Assembly: GCA_964453665.1 (NCBI GenBank)
Contig: CAYVQT010000006.1
Coordinates: forward strand, 1,976-65,975
DNA length: 64,000 bases
Origin: an uncultured Dehalococcoidia bacterium
GTDB taxonomy: Bacteria > Chloroflexota > Dehalococcoidia > SZUA-161
Reading direction: 5' to 3'
Part shown: one piece after another, positions 63,848 to 64,000 of the stretch
How positions within the stretch are numbered: position 1 is the stretch's first letter
How the letters are laid out: each line of letters begins with the position of its first letter
Notes under the pieces: model-generated
The model's database searches: none
Told to the model about the DNA's origin: nothing
What the model saw: only the letters and a program-made list of their open reading frames with translations
Program-made: the position numbers and the translations under genes

Positions 63848-64000
63848 CTAAAATTTGCTGAGTTCTGCGTGCTGCCTCAACTGTGTCTGCCCTTCTTCCG
63901 TAAAATACTCCTTGTAGCTTGACCACCTGTAAGCACGGGGCGACAGAACCAATCCAGTCTTTACAGGATTGCCATGGATATAGTTGAGCTTCTCCAGAAG
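63848..64000 (-). mobile_element. 3' end of a REP-associated tyrosine transposase (RAYT) / IS200-like Y1 transposase gene (partial, continues beyond the window)
   Basis: Hand translation of the minus strand gives ...LLEKLNYIHGNPVKTGLVLSPRAYRWSSYKEYFTEEGQTQLRQHAELSKF*. YIHxNPVKxGLV...WSSY is the characteristic C-terminal (catalytic Tyr) region of this family. The stop lies at comp(63848-63850). It is not in the ORF track because there is no start inside the window. Confidence 0.6.

Noticed and set aside
63834-63926. 31-codon N-terminal extension of carB in the track (MVKLQGVFYG...)
   Set aside because: The canonical CarB N-terminus (MPKRDD...) starts at the internal ATG, which has an AAGGAG RBS. 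The extension overlaps the end of the RAYT-like frame. The same kind of trimming was applied to rplI (52593-52745), korB (39151-39249) and the 32623 ORF.

Overview
This 64-kb window comes from a bacterial chromosome. The coding regions I sampled by eye are roughly 55-58% GC, and the gene content suggests an anaerobe, but taxonomy cannot be established from this window. About 55 protein genes, 2 tRNAs and many short palindromic repeats are supportable.

Layout:
- 1-10.5 kb: a protein-glycosylation-type locus. It holds an archaeal AglB/STT3-like oligosaccharyltransferase, a Wzx-like flippase, a polyprenol-phosphate-hexose synthase-like GT2 and four more glycosyltransferases, one of them split by a frameshift.
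- 10.7-16.2 kb: a LuxR-type regulator, a STAS-fusion protein and assorted small enzymes.
- 16.2-17.3 kb: a cluster of GTAG/CTAC-capped palindromes (REP/BIME-like) around a low-GC orphan gene with an RNxxxH (HEPN-like) motif.
- 17.3-20.4 kb: comEC and comEA.
- 20.4-31 kb: orphan small genes, DUF169, the ADP-forming acetyl-CoA synthetase alpha part, gap, a 2-hydroxyacyl-CoA-dehydratase-family gene, eno, a TIGR00725-like gene, xerD and a homocitrate/Re-citrate-synthase-like gene.
- 31-32 kb: an AT-rich islet.
- 32-48.3 kb: the most interesting block, a same-strand 14-gene redox cluster. It comprises a polyferredoxin, an NAD(P)H/FAD oxidoreductase, a three-piece archaeal-type glutamate synthase, the four-subunit 2-oxoacid:ferredoxin oxidoreductase korDABC, a 1175-aa HdrA/GltD mosaic protein, MvhD, an HdrC-HdrB fusion and an HdrA-MvhD fusion. 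Several start/stop overlaps link the genes.
- 48.4-64 kb: rpsU, yqeY, purQ, purL, rplI, dnaB, a DnaD-domain gene, an internally duplicated (two AAA+ modules) DnaC/DnaI-like loader, two tandem tRNA-Ser, purA, a MaoC-like gene, pyrK and carB.
- Right edge: the C-terminus of a REP-associated tyrosine transposase (RAYT)-like gene. It is absent from the ORF track and matches the dispersed GTAG-headed palindromes.

No rRNA, CRISPR array or prophage was seen.
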